64,000 bases of DNA. It comes from a virus. A program made the position numbers and the translations under genes. Below, piece by piece: positions 37,873 to 46,826 of this stretch. The first letter of the stretch is position 1. Every line of letters starts with the position of its first letter. The notes beneath the pieces were generated by a model. That model was given only the letters and a program-made list of their open reading frames with translations, did not search any database and was not told the origin of the DNA. The stretch covers positions 1 through 64,000 of IMG/VR virus record IMGVR_UViG_3300045740_000123; one strand, given 5' to 3'.

Positions 37873-39600
37873 ATGCATTTCCAACTTCCCTCTCATCTTC
37901 AACAAGAACTCCTGGCTTATGACCCAAAGCTCAAGGCTTTGGTGCGTGAGCAATCACCTAACAAGCCAACCAAGAAAGCAAAGTATCCACTCGGCAACAT
38001 CCCGCATCTCATCCCACATAACGTGGTGCGTGAATCAGATCAGCAAGCTGCGATTGATCACATCAACCAGCAGCTAGCACCAAATCGTTACCGGATATTT
38101 ACCACGCCTGTGGACGTAGCAACTCCTCAGGCCAGACTTAAAGTTATTGCCATCTTGTATCACTATGAACAAGTATGGTACGCAGCATGGCTGCCTCCGA
38201 AGAAAGAAGCTGATCAGTATGTGTATGGCCATGCCTACGCATTCAAGAACACATCAGCTGCTGCTAAAACTGCACCCCATCACATCTGGACCAGCAAAGA
38301 CAAGTGCATCGAGCACGAAGGTGCTCGTGGTGTCCAGACCTTTATTTACTCAATGAACATCACCAAAGGTGATATTGAATCAAGTGAAGGCAGTGGCTGG
38401 CGTGCCTATCAGTGGCAAGCAGCTAACCTTCACTGCCAAAAGGGACGCGAGATCCTTGAGCATTGCGTCCGTCCATATGAAGCAAGCCTACGGGAAGACA
38501 TGCCCACATGGTCTGACTCTCGTGGATTATTTGATCGTATTCGCTGCAAGAACATCTTTGATGCAGCTGATATGCCTCCGATGATGACTAAATGCCTGGA
38601 TATAGAGCAAGGCTTAACTGTTGATAACTTACTTAATGCAGCAATTGAATTCAACAAGAACCCTAACTTTCCATCATCAACGTTTTGTGTACTGGAAAGA
38701 ATCAGTCATATCATTTCCAAGCCAGCAATCAAGAAGCTGTTGCAAGCAGAGCTTGATCGTTGCACCCTTGCATACAATGACCCAAGTAATACTGAGCGCA
38801 AGCCAATTACTCAAGGCTTTAGAACATTTATTCATGTCATTGATTCCATTGATTGGATCAACAAAGTATGGCTTGACTGCCCACTTGATTACTACCAAAC
38901 CTATTACAAAGAACTTCGTTATATCAGACTGAGTCAAGTACGTACAAGCAGCATCAGCACCAACTCAAATGCATTTGTTGGTTGGCTACGTCAGCACATG
39001 CCTGTTGCATCGTTGTTCACAATGCTGCGTAAATATCTTGAAACTTATACACTCAAAGGTATTGATTCAGAAGTTGGTTATCCACGCGTTGGATTCTATG
39101 AACTGAATGACACATTCTCCATGGCAATCCGCATCCTTGACCATGGCAATGAACTCACGCCACCCAAACGGTGGCGCATCAATGAGTTCCATGACTATGT
39201 GCAAGCCGAGTCCTGGAAGATTCAGAATCCCAACGAATCATTGCGTCAAGATCTATTCCCTGAACCCATCAGGGTTACACGCAATGGTGAGACCTGGTCA
39301 TTCTTCCAGCCTGTTGATACACATCAGTTGGCTATGTGGGGTCAGGCCGTACGCAACTGCGTCGGCTCTGCATCACACTATGCCGATGACATCAAGAAGC
39401 GTAAACACTTCATCGTGCTATGCATGATTGATGGCAAGCCCACATTCACCATCCAGCTGGTGGTTGATATGGGTCTGATGTCAGTCAAGCAAATTGCTGG
39501 CGTTGCTAACCAGCGATTGACTGACGAGCAACGTGAAGCTTACACAGAAGCTTTCCGTGAGGTCTTGCAACAACGGGAGAAGCAGCTACAATCTGCCTGA
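37873..39600 (+). CDS. PcfJ-domain protein
   Basis: QLAMWGQAVRNCVG..Y, TIQL...VKQIAG.AN; ATG 37873 after leader pseudoknot preferred over 37807. Confidence 0.75.
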   Translation: MHFQLPSHLQQELLAYDPKLKALVREQSPNKPTKKAKYPLGNIPHLIPHNVVRESDQQAAIDHINQQLAPNRYRIFTTPVDVATPQARLKVIAILYHYEQVWYAAWLPPKKEADQYVYGHAYAFKNTSAAAKTAPHHIWTSKDKCIEHEGARGVQTFIYSMNITKGDIESSEGSGWRAYQWQAANLHCQKGREILEHCVRPYEASLREDMPTWSDSRGLFDRIRCKNIFDAADMPPMMTKCLDIEQGLTVDNLLNAAIEFNKNPNFPSSTFCVLERISHIISKPAIKKLLQAELDRCTLAYNDPSNTERKPITQGFRTFIHVIDSIDWINKVWLDCPLDYYQTYYKELRYIRLSQVRTSSISTNSNAFVGWLRQHMPVASLFTMLRKYLETYTLKGIDSEVGYPRVGFYELNDTFSMAIRILDHGNELTPPKRWRINEFHDYVQAESWKIQNPNESLRQDLFPEPIRVTRNGETWSFFQPVDTHQLAMWGQAVRNCVGSASHYADDIKKRKHFIVLCMIDGKPTFTIQLVVDMGLMSVKQIAGVANQRLTDEQREAYTEAFREVLQQREKQLQSA

Positions 39601-39859
39601 GCCCGCACGGTTTACCAGCCTTAGCCTCGATACTAGGGCTGGTTTCAACTATGACCGACTACACCGATGATCAGCTACTCGCCATGGCTATGGCCAACAT
39701 TGGCGAGTACATCACCGACAACTCACCTCAGTACATCTTGATTGAAGACGATCCTCGCAATGAGGATGACTACGACACATGGGAGTACGGCACTGAGCCG
39801 TTACCTCAAGACCACACTTGGCACTCCACATCGATTGATGTAGAGGTAAGTCCAAGTGA

Positions 39860-39888
39860 GGCCGACTAGCCCAACGGCAGAGGCAAGC
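39860..39888 (+). pseudogene. orphan 5' half of tRNA-Leu
   Basis: GGCCGACTAGCCCAACGGCAGAGGCAAGC duplicates 5' part of the tRNA at 40258. Confidence 0.8.
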
Positions 39889-40275
39889 ATGAAACTCTAT
39901 GGCCCATACACTCGCAAAGATGGCAGACAACATGTCATTCTTTACGAAAATGGCAAACGCAAAACAGTAAGCTATCCCAAGTATTTACTTGAGACAAAGC
40001 TTGGTCGATCCCTTTTGCCTCATGAAACCTGTGATCACATTGATGGCAATCCTTTAAACAATTCTTTAGATAACTTGCAACTGCTATCCAGAGCGGATAA
40101 CATACGCAAGCACGCAGCTCTTTTACCTGCAGAGCTGGGAACTTTCACTTGTCCTATTTGTTTGTGTTCATTTACAAAACGAATGCATAACACTAGGCAC
40201 AATCGAAAGCAAGGAAAACGTGGACCTTATTGTTCACGTTCATGTGCAGGTAAAGCTGGCCGACTAGCCCAATAG
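39889..40275 (+). CDS. HNH homing endonuclease
   Basis: LGRSL..HETCDHIDGNPLNNSLDNLQLLSR..N; CPIC...YCSRSC; stop lies in tRNA D-loop. Confidence 0.88.
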   Translation: MKLYGPYTRKDGRQHVILYENGKRKTVSYPKYLLETKLGRSLLPHETCDHIDGNPLNNSLDNLQLLSRADNIRKHAALLPAELGTFTCPICLCSFTKRMHNTRHNRKQGKRGPYCSRSCAGKAGRLAQ

Positions 40276-40335
40276 GAAGCAGGCAAGCGACTTAAAATCG
40301 CTCAAGTCCCGGTTCGAATCCGGGGTCGGCTACCA
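40258..40335 (+). tRNA. trnL: tRNA-Leu(UAA), short variable loop, encoded CCA
   Basis: GGCCGAC/GTCGGCT acceptor, AGCGA-CTTAAAA-TCGCT anticodon arm, CCCGG-TTCGAAT-CCGGG T arm, ACCA end. Confidence 0.9.
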
Positions 40336-40356
40336 ACCCAAACTCAATTCAAACCC

Positions 40357-40719
40357 ATGCAATTCTTTGCTGCTTTCAAGTCCCTCATCCCTGAGTTCCA
40401 TGCCTACTCAGATGAGGACAATCGCTACAATCTTGGTGCCACCTGGACTGCAGCCGATGGCCTGAAGGACTATCACAACCTGGAGCTACGGTACATCCGT
40501 AACTCAGAGCGTCTTGCTCTCCAGGGTGAGCCCTGTCCTGATGGCAGCTGGCGCTACGTCGAGCCCAATGGTGCTGTCCATACCATCAGTCCTGAACGTG
40601 CCAAGCACTTCATGGAGCAAACCCAAGCTCATGCCACACTCATGGTTGGCATGCTTGATAAGTTACGGGATGCTGGCATCCTGGATCAGATGGTGGACAC
40701 CACGGCAGAACCTGCCTAA
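40357..40719 (+). CDS. hypothetical protein
   Basis: 120-aa ORF after C/A leader. Confidence 0.6.
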   Translation: MQFFAAFKSLIPEFHAYSDEDNRYNLGATWTAADGLKDYHNLELRYIRNSERLALQGEPCPDGSWRYVEPNGAVHTISPERAKHFMEQTQAHATLMVGMLDKLRDAGILDQMVDTTAEPA

Positions 40720-41068
40720 GATCACTGCGGAATGTTCGGCCCCTGCATGTGCGGGGGTCTTTTCTTCATGATCACTCCAGCTCAGTCAGAGATAGTTACA
40801 GATGTAACTGAACTCATTGCAGATTGCATCCCTGATTCCGAATGGGATCGGGTGCGTCAAGCAATTGTCGAACGCATTGTTGACAACATGCCATCACAAG
40901 TCATGATGCAACTAACTAACAGCGTTGACAACTTTGATTTTGCTGAGCTGGTACTCAACACTCACTACAAAGAAGCACCAAACCTTGAGTTGATTGTCGA
41001 TGCATTCAAACTCATTGGTGCTGAACAAACTGCTGACCTGCTTGATTCACTAAACATTCAACAAGAGA

Positions 41069-41473
41069 ATGGCATTCCAGAAGCCAATCCTTCCTGACTG
41101 TCCTCAATGCAATCAACCTGAACTCAAAGTTATTGAATCCAGGAAGACTGGTCTATCAACAAGACGCCGTAAGAAATGCGGTTGCTGTGGCTACAAGGTT
41201 ACAACCCATGAAGTTACAGCAGACTTCTTTGAAGAAGCCAAGCGCAATCTTTATCTTGTTGAGCAGCTCCACAAACTCATGGCAAATCAACCACTCACAT
41301 CCGGGGTGGTTCCACCCCCATCTGGGGTGAGTCCATCTGAGTTCAAAGCACTCAACAAATGCAGTGACTGCCAGCACAACAAAGATGGTTGTTACTGCGC
41401 TTTTGATTTCCCTGAGTACGACACTGCTGAGTCGTACGATTGCAATCACTTTCAACTCTGGAAATCCAAATGA
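41069..41473 (+). CDS. NrdR-like zinc-ribbon protein
   Basis: CPQC....KVIESR.....RRRKKC..CGYK.TTHE. Confidence 0.7.
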   Translation: MAFQKPILPDCPQCNQPELKVIESRKTGLSTRRRKKCGCCGYKVTTHEVTADFFEEAKRNLYLVEQLHKLMANQPLTSGVVPPPSGVSPSEFKALNKCSDCQHNKDGCYCAFDFPEYDTAESYDCNHFQLWKSK

Positions 41474-41817
41474 CACAACAACATCCCATCACCCCATCTC
41501 CCGAGCTAATACAGCAGTGGATTGATCAATCTTTACTTGCTATCAATTATGACCATTGTATTGCTATCCGGGCCGCCCAATGGGGCGCAGACCAAGAGCT
41601 GGAGGCTTGCTGTGAATGGATTGCTGATTGGTACGGACATGGATGCAATGAGGTAATTGACAATCTCCGCACCTCACGCCGCCCCAAGCAGCCGAGCTTG
41701 AAGGAGCAGGCGCTGAAAGAACTGGCATGGGTTGACGAGCATCTCGACATGCCGCTGCACAACCACTGCAACGCTATTCACGCAATCCGCCGCGCACTGG
41801 AGCAGCTCGATGACTAA
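41470..41817 (+). CDS. MTQQHPITP-family small protein, copy 1
   Basis: Shares blocks with 44250 and 45702 ORFs. Confidence 0.7.
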   Translation: MTQQHPITPSPELIQQWIDQSLLAINYDHCIAIRAAQWGADQELEACCEWIADWYGHGCNEVIDNLRTSRRPKQPSLKEQALKELAWVDEHLDMPLHNHCNAIHAIRRALEQLDD

Positions 41818-42052
41818 CTTCCAAGCACTTTGCGCTGAACTGGTGAAACAACTGGAAGGATGGCAGTGCTATGCGAGCCCGGATGGCCCCAACGCTAAGG
41901 TGCTGGACCGCGCCCGAGCCGCCCTATCCCAGCCCAAGCCGCCGAGTTTGAAGGAGCAGGCGCTAGAGGCGTTAGCTCACATTCTCAATAACAGCTCTAC
42001 TCAACTTGGTGCAGACACCATCCGCCGCGCACTTGAACAACTCCCTGATTAA
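41810..42052 (+). CDS. mosaic small protein sharing SLKEQAL/IRRALEQL blocks
   Basis: PKPPSLKEQAL...IRRALEQLPD. Confidence 0.65.
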   Translation: MTNFQALCAELVKQLEGWQCYASPDGPNAKVLDRARAALSQPKPPSLKEQALEALAHILNNSSTQLGADTIRRALEQLPD

Positions 42053-42355
42053 TTCAATGACAACCAAACGCCAGTACGACTACACCATTGGTGATCGCGT
42101 AGCAGAGCGTCCCAAATCCCATGGTATCTTTGCTGTACGCAATGAAACCAAAGATCGTATTCAGCAGTACAGGTCCCAGCGCTATGGCACTGTTGTTGGT
42201 ATTAATCTGAAACCAAACAAGTCAGGTGCTAAGCAGAAGTTCTTGCTGATCAGGTGGGATCATTTGCAGACTCCCACGGAACATGCACAGATGAGGATCT
42301 GTCCTGCTGATCAACTCCAGCGTTTACAATCTGAGGGTTATGGATTCGAAGTCGA

Positions 42356-42712
42356 ATGAAAGTCGACAAGCCATGGGGTTGGTACAACACACTGACCCCA
42401 GAACAAACCTCATTGTTCCGTGGCTACCTCGTTAAAGAACTACACATCAACAAAGGCCATCGCCTTAGCCTTCAGCGCCATCAACACCGGTGTGAACACT
42501 GGATTGTTGTCAATGGCGAAGGATTGTTTGAGTGTGATGGCCGCACACAAATTGTTAATGAAGGTACTCACTTGTACATTCCAAAGCAATCAGTCCATCG
42601 CCTCACTGCAACAAACCAAGACATTCGCATTGTCGAAGTTCAATGCGGTGAAGTAATCTCTGAAGACGACATCGAACGTTTAGAAGATGATTATGAACGA
42701 TCACAGAACTAG
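42356..42712 (+). CDS. mannose-6-phosphate isomerase type II-like cupin
   Basis: KPWG.Y, RLSLQRH.HR.EHWIVV.G, IVEVQ.G....EDDIERLEDDY. Confidence 0.88.
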   Translation: MKVDKPWGWYNTLTPEQTSLFRGYLVKELHINKGHRLSLQRHQHRCEHWIVVNGEGLFECDGRTQIVNEGTHLYIPKQSVHRLTATNQDIRIVEVQCGEVISEDDIERLEDDYERSQN

Positions 42713-42898
42713 CATGATTCTTCAGTCTATTGTCTGGGGTTTAATCTTTGGAACATTCATTGTACTTTTCATCGCAATGATCTTTGATACGCCAGAAACA
42801 ACTAGAGAGAAATTCAAAGTTGTTGACAACTACAAAGGTTGCGATGTTGTTCAGTACAATGATCCATCACAACGCTATCAGTACTTCTTGCACTGCTC

Positions 42899-43537
42899 AT
42901 GAACGTTGACTTAACTTGGGTAACGCCCAATGCTGAAGAACTCATCGTTAAGATGGCACGGGTCTCAGCACCTAAGAACCAAGACAACATGGAGACAGCT
43001 CCAAAGTTGTTGCGTTACTTGATCAAGCACAAGCACTGGTCGCCATTTGAAATGGCAAACATGTGCGTAGAAATCGAGACGACGCGTGCAATCTCACCAC
43101 AGATTCTTCGTCATCGTTCGTTTAGCTTCCAGGAATTTAGTCAGCGTTATGCAGACACAAATGAACTGGGCTCAGCTGTTATTCCGCATCTACGTAGACA
43201 AGATCAGAAGAACAGGCAAAACAGTATTGATGACTTATCTTCTGATCTTGTTGGTACTTATTATCGACGCATCAGTGAACTGTATGAGAACGCAGAACAT
43301 CTGTATCGCGAGATGGTAAGCAATGGTATTGCCAAGGAATGTGCCCGTTCCATTCTGCCGCTATCGACACAGACCCGTCTCTTCATGAACGGTACACTTA
43401 GGTCTTATATACATTATTTACAAGTGCGAACTGACCCAAGTACTCAGCTTGAGCATCGACAAATTGCCTTGGAAATCAAAAAGATTTTTTGCCAACAGTT
43501 TCCAATTATTGGTGAGGCTGTATTTAGTGATCAATGA
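42899..43537 (+). CDS. thyX: flavin-dependent thymidylate synthase
   Basis: HWSPFEM, QILRHRSFSFQEFSQRY, AKECAR, TQLEHR. Confidence 0.95.
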   Translation: MNVDLTWVTPNAEELIVKMARVSAPKNQDNMETAPKLLRYLIKHKHWSPFEMANMCVEIETTRAISPQILRHRSFSFQEFSQRYADTNELGSAVIPHLRRQDQKNRQNSIDDLSSDLVGTYYRRISELYENAEHLYREMVSNGIAKECARSILPLSTQTRLFMNGTLRSYIHYLQVRTDPSTQLEHRQIALEIKKIFCQQFPIIGEAVFSDQ

Positions 43538-43995
43538 TTAAGCATTGTCGTTATTGTGAGCAGGATAAACCTTCTGCTCACTTTTCTCCACACCCACATA
43601 CAACTGATCGTTTAAGTAACAAATGCAAAGACTGTGTCAGTGTTTACAACAAACTTCGACATTCAAAAAGAACCAGAAAAGAACTGGATTTAATCAATGC
43701 AAAACGAAGAGCAAACAGAAACACATGGAAAACCGATAGGAAAAAACATTTCAAAAGAGCATATGGAATTACTGTTGAAGACTATGAGGTAATGCTGGTT
43801 AACCAAAATAGTGTTTGCAAGATTTGCAATAAACCATGCAAGTCAGGTAAAAGTTTAGCTGTTGATCATTGCCATGAAACCGGAAAGGTCCGAGGTTTAC
43901 TGTGTGCAAAATGCAACACAAATCTTGGACGTATCGAAGCATACCTTCGTGATCCTAAACCATGGGATGATTATCTTAAATCCTACGAACCTTAA
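43534..43995 (+). CDS. endonuclease VII-type homing endonuclease
   Basis: YGIT..DY..M...Q...CKIC....LAVDHCHETGKVRGLLC..CN..LG. Confidence 0.9.
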   Translation: MIKHCRYCEQDKPSAHFSPHPHTTDRLSNKCKDCVSVYNKLRHSKRTRKELDLINAKRRANRNTWKTDRKKHFKRAYGITVEDYEVMLVNQNSVCKICNKPCKSGKSLAVDHCHETGKVRGLLCAKCNTNLGRIEAYLRDPKPWDDYLKSYEP

Positions 43996-44014
43996 CCATT
44001 ACCACTAATCACCC

Positions 44015-44230
44015 ATGCCCGTAACAACAATCAAACGCTGTCAATATGAATCCGAGTGGTGGTGGACAGTTGAAGACTGCGTTGCCGAGTACGACGTAGA
44101 GCCTGGCTCTGGCCTCACCATCAAGTATCACGACGACAATGATCAAGTGGGTGAGATAAAGCTAAGCCTTAGCAAGGAAGACGCTCTTCTCATTCGTGAT
44201 GCAATCAATCAGCTTTATCCGCCCTCTTAG
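44015..44230 (+). CDS. small hypothetical protein (cassette)
   Basis: 71 aa, flanked by conserved junctions. Confidence 0.65.
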   Translation: MPVTTIKRCQYESEWWWTVEDCVAEYDVEPGSGLTIKYHDDNDQVGEIKLSLSKEDALLIRDAINQLYPPS

Positions 44231-44249
44231 CCGCTTCTACTAATCACCT

Positions 44250-44486
44250 ATGACACAACAACATCCCATCACCCCGTCTAACCTTTCACCACAAGCCTGG
44301 GTTGTATTAGAAGCAGCCTATCAAGCACCTGACGGTAGGAACGCCACTCGCCAATGCGTTGCCGCCGCCCTGCGAGCTGCTGCGAATGAATTGGGCTATC
44401 GCATCATCTACGACGACGGTGACACCGAGTACAGGATTGATGTCACTGATCTGCTAGCCATTGCCGCCGAGCTTGAAGCCCAGTAG
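44250..44486 (+). CDS. MTQQHPITP-family small protein, copy 2
   Basis: Same N-terminus as copy 1; C-terminus shared with 46212 ORF. Confidence 0.7.
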   Translation: MTQQHPITPSNLSPQAWVVLEAAYQAPDGRNATRQCVAAALRAAANELGYRIIYDDGDTEYRIDVTDLLAIAAELEAQ

Positions 44487-44500
44487 TCACCTTCACTTCT

Positions 44501-44734
44501 ATGTCTGACAAGAAATCAACCAAGAAAATCGAGCGTTACAAGCTCGAAGCAGCATTCGTCTCCCTGGCGGACTACGACGTAACCACCAAAGGCGACGACT
44601 TCATGGAAGTGTCCATGTGGCACAACGGTGAGGGCTTCGATGTCATCGTCAACAGCAATGGCGAACAACGCTTTTGCCTGACATGGGGGCAGTACAAGGC
44701 GCTCAAGACGCTCGTAAAAGAGCTGGACGGCTAA
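44501..44734 (+). CDS. small hypothetical protein (cassette)
   Basis: 77 aa, DFMEVSMWHNGEGFDV. Confidence 0.65.
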   Translation: MSDKKSTKKIERYKLEAAFVSLADYDVTTKGDDFMEVSMWHNGEGFDVIVNSNGEQRFCLTWGQYKALKTLVKELDG

Positions 44735-44760
44735 GCCCAGTAGTCACCTTCCCTAAATGA

Positions 44761-44889
44761 ATCCACTACCTTGATCTCCGCTGCTCCAATGGAACTCAAC
44801 TCGAGCACCAACAAATTGCCAGAGCAATCAGAAAAATCTTCTGTGAACAATTCCCAATCATTGGAGAAGCTGTGTTCTCAGCAGATTAA
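44761..44889 (+). pseudogene. thyX: displaced second copy of thyX 3' end
   Basis: Translates IHYLDLRCSNGTQLEHQQIARAIRKIFCEQFPIIGEAVFSAD*, paralleling thyX C-terminus. Confidence 0.9.
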
Positions 44890-45144
44890 TGACTTGATTG
44901 AAAAGTACGAGGAGCCCGAGCAAGCCCGTCAGTTTTTAATGAAGGCTGGCGTCATTGATGAAGACGGTAATCTAATGCCTCCATGCCAAAAGACCCCAGA
45001 GAAAACTCAGGGGCCATTGGATGAATGGAGATCAGAAGGTCGCGGCGCTTTGTTTTTTTAATTCAGTAACAGCATGCTTGGACTCCACATCCTTGCGCGT
45101 CTGCTTCTTCCGTTTGTCTACCAGGTAGACGATCAGTGCTTTGT

Positions 45145-45297
45145 TCATTTGATTTGACCTCCGGTGACAAAGGGAAAGTAGCAAACGTTACGGTAGGTCA
45201 GACAGAGCCAGGGACGGTGGGCTAAGTTCCACCAGGCTTTGTCTGCCTTGGCCTGATCCTCTTGGTTGTATTTGCAACCACGATACGTTAACGTCAT
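45145..45297 (-). CDS. DUF4278-like small protein
   Basis: MTLTYRGCKY...LTYRNVCY duplicated motif. Confidence 0.75.
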   Translation of the reverse strand: MTLTYRGCKYNQEDQAKADKAWWNLAHRPWLCLTYRNVCYFPFVTGGQIK

Positions 45298-45304
45298 GGG
45301 TTTT

Positions 45305-45318
45305 GTATCTATTGATAC
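45305..45318. promoter_or_regulatory. putative NtcA box
   Basis: GTA-TCTATTGA-TAC (GTA-N8-TAC), 7 nt upstream of DUF4278-like ATG. Confidence 0.6.
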
Positions 45319-45701
45319 GGAAACTATATGACGATTGATGTATATGATGTCGTTCACCTGGTAACACAACTCAAAAGTTTAATGAAAGGTTTTGGTTCAA
45401 CTCAACAACCAACAAAGTCAGCAGCGTATTGGATAGCTGCTTATGCCAAAGACAACGAAGATGAACCACTTGGTGTGGTTAAGAAAGTCTTGACCTATAA
45501 ACCAGGACAGGACAAAGAACTCTTGATGATTCGTTACTGCAATTCAGTAATGAAAATCAACCGAAACATATGGGAGATGTTGGTCCACCAAGGACCAACT
45601 GAGATTCCAGACTCTGGTGACCAAATTGTTTTACGATTATCCAGGGAAAAGTTCAAGGGTTCTGCTCAAGTAAACTGACTAGCCATTACCACTAATCACC
45701 C

Positions 45702-46052
45702 ATGACACAACAACATCCCATCACCCCACCGCAGGAGCTGATTGAACAATGGGTGGACGAGTACATACATACCAAGCCAGACTGCACTGCTCCGCAGCTT
45801 GTTGCCGCCCGCTCCGCCCAATGGGGCGCAGACCAAGAGCTGGAGGCGTGCTGTGAGTGGCTGGAGCAGCAGACTCTGTGTGGCCACCAAGACTTGCTTC
45901 CTTCATTCCGCGCCGCCCGCCGCCCCAAGCCGCCGAACTTGAAGGAACAGGCGCTTGAAATCGTGAGGAAAACTCCAGTCAACAGCGCCGCACTTTATTC
46001 CTATGAGCACGTAGAAATCATCCGCCGTGCACTGGAGCAACTCAATGACTGA
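45702..46052 (+). CDS. MTQQHPITP-family small protein, copy 3
   Basis: AQWGADQELEACCEW, RRPKPP.LKEQAL, IRRALEQLND. Confidence 0.7.
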   Translation: MTQQHPITPPQELIEQWVDEYIHTKPDCTAPQLVAARSAQWGADQELEACCEWLEQQTLCGHQDLLPSFRAARRPKPPNLKEQALEIVRKTPVNSAALYSYEHVEIIRRALEQLND

Positions 46053-46211
46053 ACTACAGCACACTGACGAGGATCTTGATGAGTTTGCCACCTTCTGGTG
46101 GCGACCGGAAACAGATGACCTCACCGTTGCCACAGCAATCGAAAACGGCCAAATGACGGCGTTTGTTAGGGCTGTAGCTACATGGCTTACCGAATAGTCG
46201 CTTCCACTTCT

Positions 46212-46457
46212 ATGTCTGATCTTTCACCCGCTGCAGAAGCAGTTCTAAATGCCTACATGGATAACTGTGGCTGGCTAGATGGCCCTCTGCAAAGGGATTA
46301 TCAATGCGTTGCCACCACCCTGCGAGCTGCTGCGGATCAGGTGGTGCCGGAGGAGCCGCTTTACGGGGGTGATCAGCGCTGGATGTTTGAGCGCGATGCC
46401 CGCCAGGATTGTCGTAAGAAACTCCTCGCAATCGCTGATGAGCTTGAAACCCAGTAG
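46212..46457 (+). CDS. mosaic small protein (LSP.A..VL.A / LRAAA / LLAIA.ELE)
   Basis: Paralog of C-terminal part of 44250 ORF. Confidence 0.65.
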   Translation: MSDLSPAAEAVLNAYMDNCGWLDGPLQRDYQCVATTLRAAADQVVPEEPLYGGDQRWMFERDARQDCRKKLLAIADELETQ

Positions 46458-46826
46458 TCACCTTTATTAAAAGCTAAGCCGTGTGTGGAACCACGGCTCT
46501 ATGCTCTCCAGCTCAGACCAAGCTTCACGAGGCAAGGCCCTGACCGTTGCTGGTTACGGGTAACGCCCATGAAGTACAAAGGGCTTCCAAATCCTACATA
46601 AATGTTTTATATTTGCACTGGTTCTGCAGACCACTCGTGGCCACGAGTTAACCAGGAGGTGCAGAGTGGAAGCTGCACCTTTGACAAAAACGATGAAGCA
46701 AGCTGGGGAGTAAGGGCCGACCCTTACTTAAAATCCGTGAACGGGATCCCTAGCCCTTCATCACTGGACCTGAGCAAGTCCATAAACTACTCATAAGCTC
46801 AGCTTATCAATCAACTCAACTCAACC

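Noticed and set aside
45350-45362. CGTTCACC resembling a glutamine riboswitch start near the DUF4278-like gene
   Set aside because: On the wrong strand relative to the gene, and the rest of the motif is not evident.
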